Below are positions 8,371 through 17,489 of a stretch of 64,000 nt of DNA, one piece after another. Location of the stretch: positions 16,548-80,547 of the forward strand of contig DATBJF010000060.1 of the NCBI GenBank assembly GCA_036556545.1, in the 5' to 3' direction. The DNA is from Candidatus Methylomirabilota bacterium. GTDB lineage: Bacteria; Methylomirabilota; Methylomirabilia; Rokubacteriales; CSP1-6. Position 1 is the first letter of the stretch, and the number at the start of each line of letters is the position of its first letter. A program made the position numbers and the translations under genes. The notes beneath the pieces are model-generated. The model worked only from the letters and a program-made list of their open reading frames with translations, was not told where the DNA came from and searched no databases.

Positions 8371-11300
8371 TCAGTCGCGCCGAGTCCACGGGCTTCACGA
8401 GATGCATGTCGAAGCCCGCCTCCTCCGCCGCGCGACGATCGGCCGCCTGTCCGTACCCGGTGAGCGCGATGAGCCGGACGCCGGCCTGCTTCGGGTTGGC
8501 CCGGATGCGGCGAGCGATCTGAAACCCATCCATGCCGGGCAGACCCACGTCGAGGATCACGACGTGCGGCGACATCGCGTCCAGCCGCGCCATGGCCGCC
8601 GCTCCCGTCTCCACCCCCTGGCACTCGAATCCGGCCCGGTCGAGCAGCGCGCAGAGGGTCTCGCGGCTGTCGGCATTGTCCTCGACCACGAGGACCCGTA
8701 GCCGCTGATCCGCCGGCGGCGCGGCCGGCGCCGCGCTCACCTCACGCACGGTCTCGCCCCCCGGCGCGTCGGCGAGGGGCAGGCGGACGACGAACTCGCT
8801 GCCTTTTTCCTCCCCGTCGCTGCGCGCCACCACCGTCCCGCCGTGCATGCCGACCAGCGACCGCACGAGCGTGAGCCCGACGCCGAGGCCACCGCCGGCC
8901 CGGTCGAGGGTCCGGCTCGACTGGACGAACAGGTCGAACACGGACTCCAGCATGTCGGTCCGGATCCCCATGCCCGTGTCGCGAACGCGAATCACGGCGC
9001 TGTCGCCGTCCCGCCGCACCGTCAGCGTCACGGCCCCGCCACGCGGCGTGTATTTCACGGCGTTACTGAGGAGGTTGGCGTGGATCTGCTCGAGACGCGA
9101 GGCATCGCCCCGCACGTAGATGGGACCGCGGTCGAGATCCGGGCTGAACGTCAGCCCCTGCGCGTCCATCTGGATGCGCGCCGCCTCCGCCGCGTCGCGT
9201 GCCACGGCGCAGACGTCGACGATGTCCTGGCGCAGCTCGATCTTGTTCTGGGTCACCCGGCTGGCTTCGAGGAGATCGTCGAGCAGCCGCGCCATCTGCC
9301 GGGTCTGGCGCTCGAGGATCCCCAGGAACTTCCCGCGATCGCCGTCGGAGTCGCCGCCGTTCCTGAGGATCGCCATGGCGGTCACCATGGCTCCCAGCGG
9401 ATTGCGCAGCTCGTGCGAGAGCATGGCGAGGAACTGATCGCGGCGCCGGACGGCCTCGCGGATCCTGTCCTCGGCCTGCTTCTGTGCGGTGACGTCCCGA
9501 AAGATCACGATGATGCCGACCGTCCGTCCGTCGCCGTCACGCAGCGGCAACCGCGTCACCAGGTCCCACGCCTCGTCGCCATCTCCGCCGGGCCGACGCT
9601 CCAGCCGGTAGTGCTGCGCTTCCCCGGTGCGCAGGACGACGTCGTCCTCGCGCTGCAGGGCCAGCGCCATCTCGCGATCGGGCAGGTCGAAGGCGGTCTT
9701 TCCGGCGGCGGCCGTCGCGTCGTCGAGGCCCAGTCGCTTCGCCATGGCGTCGTTGGCGCGGATGAAGCGGCCGCGGCCGTCCTTGAAGTAGATGGCGTCG
9801 GGCACGGTCCGTAGCAGGCTGTTGAGGAGATAGCGCTCGCGGAACAGCGCATCCTCGGCCGCGCGCAGGCCGCTGACGTCGATGAGGGTGAGCACCACGC
9901 CGTCGATGGTGCCCTTCACCCGGTACGGCAGGACGCGGAGGAAGAAGCCCTTGCCGCGCACGTCGCGGAGCTCACGCTCGATCGCCTGGCCGTTCTGGAG
10001 CACACGCGCCAGATCCTCGGCCAGCTCGGGATACTCCAGGTTGTTCGCGAAGGCGTCGATGGGGCGCCCGATGTCGTGCACCAGCAGATTGAAGGCTTCG
10101 CCGATCGGCGGCGTGAACTTGCGGATCCTGAGCTGTCGATCGAGGAAGATGGTGCCCACCTCGGTGCTCGACAGGAGGTTGTCCATGTCGTTGGTGAGCT
10201 CGGTGAGCTCGGCGATCTTCCGCTTGTACTCCGCGTTGACCGTGTACAGCTCCTCGTTGACGCTCTGCAGCTCTTCGTTCGTGCTCTGGAGCTCCTCGTT
10301 CGACGCCTGCAGCTCTTCGTAGCTCGCCTGCAGCTCCTCGTTGCTCGCCTCCCGCTCCTCGATGGCCGCCTGCAGCGTCTCCTTCGTATACGCGAGCTCG
10401 GCCTCGAGCGCGTTGAGCTGCTGCTGTGACACCTGATCGAGCTCGATCTCCGGCGCCGAGGTGCCGGGCCGTGGCGGGGGGCTCTCCATCGGCTCGAACG
10501 AGATCAGGAGATGCGGGGTGCTCGCGGCGCGACCCTGGACGCGGCGAATGGCCACCCGATGACTCGTCGCCCCGTCGGCGCCGGCAAGATGAACCGCCTT
10601 GAACACGACCGGCGAGGACTGGCCGAGGGCGCGCTTGAGCCCGCCCATGAGGATCACCTTGAGCTCGCCCTCGACGAGATCGAGCACGTCCAGTCCCTGG
10701 CGCCCGTCGCGGAGCCGGAGAAAGCCGCTGGCGCCGCCGAAGGTCTGGACGAGCTCGCCGCGCTCGGTCACGAGCAAGCTCGGGGGCATGTACTCGTCGA
10801 GCAGCGAGTCGTACGTCCCCAGGAGCTGTCCGATGGCGTAGCGGCCGGTCGGCAGCGGCGCCAGCGTCGCCATCGGGCGCGGCGGCTCGGCCGGCACGAA
10901 CGACGGCACGCGCGTCTCCACCGGGGTCCGGACGTCGCTGTGCTTGCGATAGAGCTGCCATTGCCGGTCGACGACCTCGAAGGCGCGCCCCAGCGGGCCC
11001 GGCGTCTCGCTGGGACCGAGCCACAGAACGCCGTCGCGGTTCAGCGAAAAATGGAACAGGGAGAGCACCTTCTGCTGGATGGCGGGCTGCAGGTAGATGA
11101 GCATGTTCCGGCAGCTCACGAGGTCGACCCGCGTGAACGGCGCGTCCTTGATGACGTTGTGGGGAGCGAAGACGATCGTCTGCTTCAGCTCCGGAACGAC
11201 CTGATACGTCCGGCCGCTCTGCACGAAGTACCGCGCGAGGCGTTCCGGCGAGACATTGGCGACGGCCTCCTCGTCGTAGATGCCGCGGGCCGCGCGCTCC

Positions 11301-12346
11301 AGCGAGCCCCGATGGACGTCGGTGGCGAACACCTGCACCGGTCGGTGGCCGAAGCGGGAGAGGGCTTCCTGCAGCACGATGGCGATCGAGTAGGCCTCCT
11401 CGCCCGTGGCGCAGCCGGCCACCCACACGCGCAGCGGACGGCCCTCGGTTCGGCGCTGGAGCAGCTCCGGCACGACGCGGCGCTCGAGCAGGTCGAACGC
11501 CGGCTCGTCGCGGAAGAACCGGGTGACGCCGATCAGGAGGTCGCGATAGAGGGCGTCCAGCTCGTCGCGCTCGTCGCGGAGGCGCTGGAGGTATTCGCCG
11601 ATGTCCTCGGAGCGGGCGAGCCCGATGCGCCGCTCGATGCGACGGGTGACCGTGCTCGGCTTGTAGTGCGTGAAGTCGATCCCGTACTCCTCCTCGAGCA
11701 TTCGATAGACGCCTTCGATGCCCGGCAGCGTGACACGGCCGCGGTCCTCATTGCGCCCGGAGACAGCGGGGGTGCCGATGCGATCGGCATGGCGAAGGAG
11801 CATCTGGGGCATCTCTTCGGGCGCGAGCACGTGGTCGACGACACCCGTGTCGCGCGCCGCGCGCGGCATGCCGTCGAACTGCGCGGTGTCGGCGTCCTGC
11901 ACGAGGACGAGCCCGCCCGCGGCGTGCACGTCGCAGATCCCCCGCGACCCGTCGCTGCCACCGCCGGACATCACGATGGCAACACCGCGCGGCCCGCAGT
12001 CCTGCGCGAGCGAGCGGAAGAACACGTCGATCGGAAGGCTCAGCTCCTGCTGGCGGTCGCTCTCGCTGAGGAGCAGCCGCCCGCCGGAGATGATCATCTC
12101 CTTCCGCGGCGGGATCAGGTAGATGTGATCGCCGTGCACGGGCATGCCGTCCTCCACCGGACGGATGGGCAGCCGCGTGTGCCGGGCGAGCAGCTCGTCC
12201 ATGAGGCTCTTGAAGTCCGGGGAGAGATGCTGGATCACGACGAAGGCAATTCCGGTGTCGGCCGGCAGGTGATCGAAGAATCGAGTGAGCGGCTCGAGAC
12301 CACCCGCAGAAGCGCCGATGCCGACGACGTAGCGTGGAGAGATCAC
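8342..12346 (-). CDS. CheB methylesterase - CheR methyltransferase - PAS - HisKA/HATPase - receiver fusion protein
   Basis: VVGIGASAGGLEPL (CheB), LRVWVAGCATGEEAYSIAI (CheR SAM site), NEELQ coiled coil, PAS segments, H-box FLAMLSHELRNPL, HATPase (RVRDTGMGI, GGLGVGLTLV), and C-terminal REC (VLVVEDNADS...ILDVGLPGMDG). Start placed at GTG 12346 (GGGAGG about 10 nt upstream). The track start at 12409 is a TTG. Confidence 0.9.
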   Translation of the reverse strand: MISPRYVVGIGASAGGLEPLTRFFDHLPADTGIAFVVIQHLSPDFKSLMDELLARHTRLPIRPVEDGMPVHGDHIYLIPPRKEMIISGGRLLLSESDRQQELSLPIDVFFRSLAQDCGPRGVAIVMSGGGSDGSRGICDVHAAGGLVLVQDADTAQFDGMPRAARDTGVVDHVLAPEEMPQMLLRHADRIGTPAVSGRNEDRGRVTLPGIEGVYRMLEEEYGIDFTHYKPSTVTRRIERRIGLARSEDIGEYLQRLRDERDELDALYRDLLIGVTRFFRDEPAFDLLERRVVPELLQRRTEGRPLRVWVAGCATGEEAYSIAIVLQEALSRFGHRPVQVFATDVHRGSLERAARGIYDEEAVANVSPERLARYFVQSGRTYQVVPELKQTIVFAPHNVIKDAPFTRVDLVSCRNMLIYLQPAIQQKVLSLFHFSLNRDGVLWLGPSETPGPLGRAFEVVDRQWQLYRKHSDVRTPVETRVPSFVPAEPPRPMATLAPLPTGRYAIGQLLGTYDSLLDEYMPPSLLVTERGELVQTFGGASGFLRLRDGRQGLDVLDLVEGELKVILMGGLKRALGQSSPVVFKAVHLAGADGATSHRVAIRRVQGRAASTPHLLISFEPMESPPPRPGTSAPEIELDQVSQQQLNALEAELAYTKETLQAAIEEREASNEELQASYEELQASNEELQSTNEELQSVNEELYTVNAEYKRKIAELTELTNDMDNLLSSTEVGTIFLDRQLRIRKFTPPIGEAFNLLVHDIGRPIDAFANNLEYPELAEDLARVLQNGQAIERELRDVRGKGFFLRVLPYRVKGTIDGVVLTLIDVSGLRAAEDALFRERYLLNSLLRTVPDAIYFKDGRGRFIRANDAMAKRLGLDDATAAAGKTAFDLPDREMALALQREDDVVLRTGEAQHYRLERRPGGDGDEAWDLVTRLPLRDGDGRTVGIIVIFRDVTAQKQAEDRIREAVRRRDQFLAMLSHELRNPLGAMVTAMAILRNGGDSDGDRGKFLGILERQTRQMARLLDDLLEASRVTQNKIELRQDIVDVCAVARDAAEAARIQMDAQGLTFSPDLDRGPIYVRGDASRLEQIHANLLSNAVKYTPRGGAVTLTVRRDGDSAVIRVRDTGMGIRTDMLESVFDLFVQSSRTLDRAGGGLGVGLTLVRSLVGMHGGTVVARSDGEEKGSEFVVRLPLADAPGGETVREVSAAPAAPPADQRLRVLVVEDNADSRETLCALLDRAGFECQGVETGAAAMARLDAMSPHVVILDVGLPGMDGFQIARRIRANPKQAGVRLIALTGYGQAADRRAAEEAGFDMHLVKPVDSARLINLLVNVHR
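10244..10348 (-). repeat. Five tandem 21-nt units encoding heptad repeats (in-CDS)
   Basis: Plus-strand units: gtacagctcctcgttgacgct / ctgcagctcttcgttcgtgct / ctggagctcctcgttcgacgc / ctgcagctcttcgtagctcgc / ctgcagctcctcgttgctcgc. They encode ASNEELQASYEELQASNEELQSTNEELQSVNEELYTVN between the CheR and PAS modules. Confidence 0.85.
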
Positions 12347-12553
12347 CCCTGGTCTGCCTCCCACCGCGGCCTGTGAAATCGTATGAACACGTTTCTGCGG
12401 GCGACGCAATGCAGCGGACGTGCCGAACCGGCTACGGCCGGAACCGCGGGAAAATCAGGAATTTCCGCGTGCCGACCGGCGAGGAGGCGTGTAATTCTTT
12501 CAACAACCGTGGTAGACCGCGCGAGTGGCGGGGGACTACGGGAGTGCCGCGAC

Positions 12554-13129
12554 CTAGAGCAACGCGTCCTGCGTCGACGTCATCAGGACGCACGTGCAGC
12601 CGGTTTCGCTCCACACACGCCGGTCGACGCTGCCGGCGTCGGACCGGAGATAGTCGCCGGGGTGGAGCCGCTTGTCGTCCACCATCAACACGCCGTGAAG
12701 GAGATGCAGCTCCTCGACTCCGGCGTGACGGTGGGGCGGATAGTCCGTGCCGGGCGCGAGGCGCACGAGCATGGTGACGCGCTGTGTCGCGGTGTCGGTC
12801 CCGAGCAGCCTGTAGAAGATGCCGGGGGCCGCTTCTTCCCAGGCCGATCCCCGCGGTGGCACGGGCGGATGCAACAACGGCTCGCGGCCGCTGTCGGCGG
12901 CGATTCGCCGAGCCAGCCGTTCCCACAGCACCGGCGACGGGCGCAACACATCCGTGGGCCAGGCCACGAAGGAGTCGACCACCGGATGCAGGATTTCCAG
13001 CTCGCGCCGGCAGTCTCCGCATGCCGAGAGCTGAGCCTCCACGGCGGCCAGCTCGCCCGACTGGAGGGCTCGCACGGCATACAGCGACACCGACTCCGAA
13101 TGCGCCTCGTCGTGTCGGCTCGAGATCAT
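12554..13129 (-). CDS. ChrR-like anti-sigma factor (N-terminal CxxC anti-sigma domain + C-terminal cupin)
   Basis: ATG 13129 overlaps the sigma-factor TGA (ATGA). N-terminal LSACGDCRREL and C-terminal cupin PPHRHAGVEELHLLHGVLMVDD. The canonical ZAS His position is Gln here. Confidence 0.75.
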   Translation of the reverse strand: MISSRHDEAHSESVSLYAVRALQSGELAAVEAQLSACGDCRRELEILHPVVDSFVAWPTDVLRPSPVLWERLARRIAADSGREPLLHPPVPPRGSAWEEAAPGIFYRLLGTDTATQRVTMLVRLAPGTDYPPHRHAGVEELHLLHGVLMVDDKRLHPGDYLRSDAGSVDRRVWSETGCTCVLMTSTQDALL

Positions 13130-13776
13130 CGGCCCTTCTCCGCCTCGCCCAGCGCATCGCGAAGCTTCCCGAGCGCGGAGCGAATACGCGTCTTCACGGT
13201 TCCGAGCGGCTGGTTCAGCTTCGAGGCGACTTCTTGATACGTCAGCTCGCCGAAAAACGCCGCCTCGACAACCTGCCGCTCGTCCGGCGTGAGGCACGTC
13301 AAGGCAACCCGGAGGACATCGGCCTCCTGTCGCGCGTCGACCGCCGCGGCCGGATCGGTGGCCGGGATGGCGGGTGGCGAGCTGTCCGCCGAATCCCCGA
13401 CACGCTTCTTTCGCTGCTCGAACCGCAGCCGGTCGATGGCCCTGGACCGCGCTTGATTCATGATCCATCCGACGACGGAGCCATTCGCGGGATCGTAGGT
13501 CCCCGCCCGGCGCCACACGTCGTGGAACACGTCGAGCGTCACTTCCTCCGCCGTCTGCCGGTTACCGAGAATACGCACGGTCAGCGTGAACACCAGGCGA
13601 TGCGTCCGCTCGTACAGCGCGTGGAGCGCACGCTGATCACGCGCCGCGACCGACCGGACCAGCTCGGCCCACTCCTTCTCGGAGGTCCCGCTCGCTCCGG
13701 TGTCGGCATGGAGCAGCTCGCCGAGGCTTTTCGCCCGGCGTTCACCCGGATCTCGCTCTTCGGGGACTGCGGCCAC
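13126..13776 (-). CDS. ECF-type sigma-70 family RNA polymerase sigma factor
   Basis: Region 2 (ALHALYERTHRLVFTLTVRILGNRQTAEEVTLDVFHDVW) and region 4 HTH (LTPDERQVVEAAFFGELTYQEVASKLNQPLGTVKTRI). GTG start. Confidence 0.9.
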   Translation of the reverse strand: MAAVPEERDPGERRAKSLGELLHADTGASGTSEKEWAELVRSVAARDQRALHALYERTHRLVFTLTVRILGNRQTAEEVTLDVFHDVWRRAGTYDPANGSVVGWIMNQARSRAIDRLRFEQRKKRVGDSADSSPPAIPATDPAAAVDARQEADVLRVALTCLTPDERQVVEAAFFGELTYQEVASKLNQPLGTVKTRIRSALGKLRDALGEAEKGR

Positions 13777-13846
13777 GGCCAGACATCATGCAAGCATCCC
13801 GATCGGCCGGTCAAGGTGCGGCTGAACACGTTGGGCCGCTGCCCCC

Positions 13847-14095
13847 TCACGCGGTGTTGGCGTGTCTCCGTTTGAACGTTTGCCAGCTCTCGTAGCACTC
13901 GCGGTGGAACTCGAGGGAGAGCGCTCCGAGGAGCGTGACGGTCAAGAGCATCTCGAAAGGACCGATCGTCTCGCTACACCCCCGGCAGCGTGACCCTCGA
14001 CCGCTTCCCACGACCGGAGAGTCGTCGATGGGGGCAGGCAGACCGCCGCGCGCCGTCTTGTCTGCGGTTCTCTGGACGCGACTGGCGTCGGGCAT
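13847..14095 (-). CDS. Small hypothetical Cys/His protein (82 aa)
   Basis: CRGCSETIGPFEM...LEFHRECYESWQ (CxxC...HxxC...W) looks like a small zinc-ribbon-like family I recall but cannot name. Third codon positions mostly G/C. Weak ribosome-binding site. Confidence 0.35.
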   Translation of the reverse strand: MPDASRVQRTADKTARGGLPAPIDDSPVVGSGRGSRCRGCSETIGPFEMLLTVTLLGALSLEFHRECYESWQTFKRRHANTA

Positions 14096-14148
14096 GGCTC
14101 AACCCATAAAACGTCAAACCGGACCCTTTGGATTTGTCAGGCACCACC

Positions 14149-15168
14149 CTATCGGGAAGCCGGCAATCCTGCCGCGTTCCGCAACGACGCCTCGGCCTCG
14201 GTGATGGGCGAATTGCTGTTCATGACCTCGCGCGCGAGGCTCAGCATCGGATAGCCGCCGCGCGCCTCCTGGGCAAAGCGCCGGGCGAAGTCGCCGGTTT
14301 TGATGTCCGCGAGCACGCGGCGGAAGCGCGTTGCCAGTTCCTCGCGGTCCAGGTCCAGCGTTCGGGTGATCCCGCCGAAGAGCGCCGTCGGTCCGTGATC
14401 CTCGGAGGCTCGAAAGAATCCCGCTCGACGAAAGCCCTCGAACACCGCCTCCATCTCACCCGACATGTACATCTCCATGACGAGCGCCTCCGCCGGAATC
14501 CCGGCCTCGCGCCCGACCTCGAAGGCGGTCATGATGGCCGCGCCCAGCAGCGGGCCCACCGTCTGCTCCACGAAGAGGTCGAGCGTCGCTTCGGTCGCCG
14601 CCGGGGTCTCGATCGCACCCGAGCGCAGCGCGCCCAGCGCACTGGCGAGCCCCAGCATGCGGGCGCGCGCGCGCCCGGTGCGATCCGCCTCGACGCCCAC
14701 GCACGCCCAGAATCCCTGGCCGGCCAGATATCGTTCGCGCGCGACGACGCCGGCCATCCGCGGCGCGACGAGCAGCACATCGACGCTGTGCGGCAGCTCC
14801 ACCAGCTGGAAGGCCAGGCAGTATCCCGACGCAAACGCGATGGCGCTGCCGGCACGCAGGCCGGGAGCGATCTCGGATGCGAAGACCTCGGGGATGACCT
14901 CGTCCGGCAGCAGGACGAAGATCACGTCGTCCATGGCCGCCGTGCCCAGGGACACCACCTCGAAGCCATCGGCTCGCGCGCGCTCGGCATACGCGTCCTG
15001 CCGGTTGCCGATACGAACCTTGACCCCGGAGTCTCTCAGGTTGAGAGCCGCGGTACGTCCGAGATAGCCGTAACCGAGCACCGCCACGGCCTCGCCGGCG
15101 AGCGCCGCGATATCGATGTCGGGACGCCCGCGATGCACGGTCACGGCACAGGAGCCTGGCTCAGGCAT
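14149..15168 (-). CDS. Ketol-acid reductoisomerase-like oxidoreductase (divergent class I KARI)
   Basis: VAVLGYGYLGRTAALNLRDSGVKV (Rossmann motif; canonical is GYGSQGHAHALNLRDSG), LDLFVEQTV (canonical TDLFGEQ, acidic pair kept) and a knotted C-terminal domain. ATG 15168 overlaps the upstream gene by 8 nt. Confidence 0.75.
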   Translation of the reverse strand: MPEPGSCAVTVHRGRPDIDIAALAGEAVAVLGYGYLGRTAALNLRDSGVKVRIGNRQDAYAERARADGFEVVSLGTAAMDDVIFVLLPDEVIPEVFASEIAPGLRAGSAIAFASGYCLAFQLVELPHSVDVLLVAPRMAGVVARERYLAGQGFWACVGVEADRTGRARARMLGLASALGALRSGAIETPAATEATLDLFVEQTVGPLLGAAIMTAFEVGREAGIPAEALVMEMYMSGEMEAVFEGFRRAGFFRASEDHGPTALFGGITRTLDLDREELATRFRRVLADIKTGDFARRFAQEARGGYPMLSLAREVMNSNSPITEAEASLRNAAGLPASR

Positions 15169-17485
15169 GGATCTCCTCCACGATCTTGTGGGCGATGTAT
15201 CGGCCGAGCGCGTAGACGGTGTAGCAGGGGTTCACGCCGAGCGACGTGGGCAGGATCGACGCGTCGGCGACGTAGAGCCCTTCCACGTCCCAGGAGCGCC
15301 CCCGGGAGTCCACCACGTCGCGCCGCGGGTCACCGCCCAGGGCGCAGCCGCCCATGGGATGACCGCTGGTGATCTGGATGCGCTGTTCGGCGACGACGGC
15401 GGGCGAGACGACGGCCGAGATATCGTCTTGCGCGTTGACGATCAATGGATGGTGGCTGTTGTAGAAGACTCGCTGCGCGCCGGCCGCGAACATGATCCGC
15501 GCGCCCGTCCGCAACGCGTCGAGCCATCCGGGATGGTCCTCCTCCGCCAGCTCGTACTCGAATCCGCGGGACGTCACCCGCCCCACGGCCTTGTCGCGGA
15601 ACATCAGCGCCAGCGTCATCGTCTGATTGAAGCGCTGCATCAACGCTTGATGGCTCTCCGCCGACTCATAGGGCGCGAGCTGCGCGTACGCGAGCGGGTG
15701 ATTCACCAGGCCTTCGAGAGCGTAGCGGACGTGGTGGATGGCCGGGTCGGCATTTGCCTGAGCATCGACCTCGTACGTTTTCACGAAGTACCCCATGGGC
15801 GGCGTCGCGGCGGAGGGATAGAGCGGCTCCTCGAACTCCCCGTGCATGCTCACCGTCGCGTGCGTCGAAAACCGATCTCCAATCGCCAGCTCGACGCCCT
15901 TCATCCGCCGCAGGCTCGGCACCCCGCTCCGCATCAGAATGCGCGGCGATCCGAACGGGCCCGCCGCCAGGACGACCCGACGCGCCCGGATCACGACCCG
16001 CTGCCGATCGCCGCCGCGCGAGTCCGTGAGCTGCGCCACCACGCCGGCCACGCGGTGGGTGCGCCCGTCGCGGCCATCGCCGGGAAGCGCCTCGAGGAGC
16101 ACCTCGTCGACCCGGCAGTTCGGCAACACCTGCGCGCCGTGGCGGGCGGCGAGCGGCAGGACCACGTTGAGAGGCGTCAGCTTGCGGTTGTAGCGGCAGC
16201 CGAGATCGCAGAACCCGCAGCCGATGCACTGGTGCGCGTTGCGAATCGTGGGGCCGTGATGGGGAAGACCGAGCGCCTGCACGCCGCGGCGCAAGGCCAG
16301 GTTGCCGCCCGCGATCTGGGATTCGGGCACCGGCCCGATGCGGAGCAGCTTCCGGATCGCCGCCAGGTGGGGCTCGAGGTCCTCGTATCCGAACTGCGCG
16401 CCGTAGCGCTCGCGCCAGTCGCGGAGCACCGGACGGGGCGGCTCGAACGCGAGCGCATGGTTGATGGTGGCGGATCCCCCCACCAGCTTGCCGCTGACCA
16501 CGGCGGTGGACACGGTCGGGATCTCGTAGCCGAAGATCTCGAGCACCGAAAACTCGGTGTCGAAGATGCGCGGCATCATGAGGCGCTCGCGCTGCACGAA
16601 CTCGTGAGGCTCGATGAAGTCGCCCTTCTCGAGAATCAAGATCCGCTGCCCGGTCCTCGCCGCCAGCTCGGCGGCCACGAAGGATCCGCCGGCGCCCGAG
16701 CCGACCACGACGACGTCCGTGGTCAGGATCAGCTGGTCCGAGGCCACGGCGGCGGCGCTTTCCACCCCGGTTGCAACGTCCCCGTGCGAGACCACGCGGC
16801 GGCGAAGCATCGCGATGTTCTCGTCGAGCTCGCGCGCCATGTCGAACGACGTCGCCCCCTCGCGGTCCGCGGCCGTCGTCGCGGGATCTCGCGCCCAGGG
16901 GCCGGGATAGCTCATCATCTTCCACACCACCGTCTCGTTGGTGTAGATCGGCGCCGTCCCGATGAACTTGGCGCCGCTGAAGATGTTGCGCAGGGACCGC
17001 AGCCCACTGTCGCGCAGGAAGAGGAAGTAGCGGTTGGCGTCCTCGGTGTGAAACCGCCGGAACTCGAGCCGCGCCGGCAGGCGGTGGCGCGTGGAGAACG
17101 TCCGCGTGAAGGTGGGCAGGACGTTCAGGAAGTCGAGGAGCAGCTTCATGCTCGACACGAACTCGTCGCCATGGGCGAAGGCGAACGCCGAATAGGCGGC
17201 GACCGGATCGTAGGCGGGGTCCTCGCGCGCCAGCCGGCGCCGCAGCTCCGTGTCCGGCGGGTTGAAGCCGTCGATGATCTTCGCCATGACCTCCCGCTGG
17301 ACGGGGCCGAAGACCGGCGCCGCCTCGCCGAGCTCCAGCCGCTCGATACCCCGGCGCACCACGCTGCATCCGGCCGGCGAGGCGAGCAGCACGGCCGCCG
17401 CCGCCGCGCGGCCGAGGCCGGTGAGGAAGTGGCGCCGATTCATGGCGCGGACGACGTCGGCATCGAAGGCGCGCTGCCCGTTCAC
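15161..17485 (-). CDS. Tat-exported GMC-family FAD oxidoreductase fused to a gluconate-2-dehydrogenase-subunit-3-like N-domain
   Basis: Twin-arginine motif NRRHFLTGLG followed by LLASPAGC. N-domain of about 250 aa (VQREVMAKIIDGFNPPD). FAD motif DVVVVGSGAGGSFVAAELA near residue 258. C-terminal GMC motif SGHPMGGCALGG...LYVADASILPTSLGVNP. GTG start with GGAGGGGAG upstream. Confidence 0.8.
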   Translation of the reverse strand: MNGQRAFDADVVRAMNRRHFLTGLGRAAAAAVLLASPAGCSVVRRGIERLELGEAAPVFGPVQREVMAKIIDGFNPPDTELRRRLAREDPAYDPVAAYSAFAFAHGDEFVSSMKLLLDFLNVLPTFTRTFSTRHRLPARLEFRRFHTEDANRYFLFLRDSGLRSLRNIFSGAKFIGTAPIYTNETVVWKMMSYPGPWARDPATTAADREGATSFDMARELDENIAMLRRRVVSHGDVATGVESAAAVASDQLILTTDVVVVGSGAGGSFVAAELAARTGQRILILEKGDFIEPHEFVQRERLMMPRIFDTEFSVLEIFGYEIPTVSTAVVSGKLVGGSATINHALAFEPPRPVLRDWRERYGAQFGYEDLEPHLAAIRKLLRIGPVPESQIAGGNLALRRGVQALGLPHHGPTIRNAHQCIGCGFCDLGCRYNRKLTPLNVVLPLAARHGAQVLPNCRVDEVLLEALPGDGRDGRTHRVAGVVAQLTDSRGGDRQRVVIRARRVVLAAGPFGSPRILMRSGVPSLRRMKGVELAIGDRFSTHATVSMHGEFEEPLYPSAATPPMGYFVKTYEVDAQANADPAIHHVRYALEGLVNHPLAYAQLAPYESAESHQALMQRFNQTMTLALMFRDKAVGRVTSRGFEYELAEEDHPGWLDALRTGARIMFAAGAQRVFYNSHHPLIVNAQDDISAVVSPAVVAEQRIQITSGHPMGGCALGGDPRRDVVDSRGRSWDVEGLYVADASILPTSLGVNPCYTVYALGRYIAHKIVEEIHA

Positions 17486-17489
17486 CGGC

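Noticed and set aside
12445-12469. Imperfect hairpin CGCGGGAAA-atcagga-aTTTCCGCG (contains GGAATTTCC) in the 144-nt gap downstream of the anti-sigma gene, considered as a terminator.
   Set aside because: The stem is bulged, there is no U-tract on the relevant strand, and it lies 85 nt from the stop codon. It could equally belong to the promoter region of the CheB-CheR fusion gene.
13811-13844. GATCGGCCGGTCAAGGTGCGG and GAACACGTTGGGCC upstream of the ECF sigma gene, considered as further box copies or an ECF autoregulatory promoter.
   Set aside because: The similarity is only partial (7 of 10 positions to the decamer; CCAACGT shared with the GGACGTTGG sub-family). I could not identify a convincing -35/-10 ECF pair.
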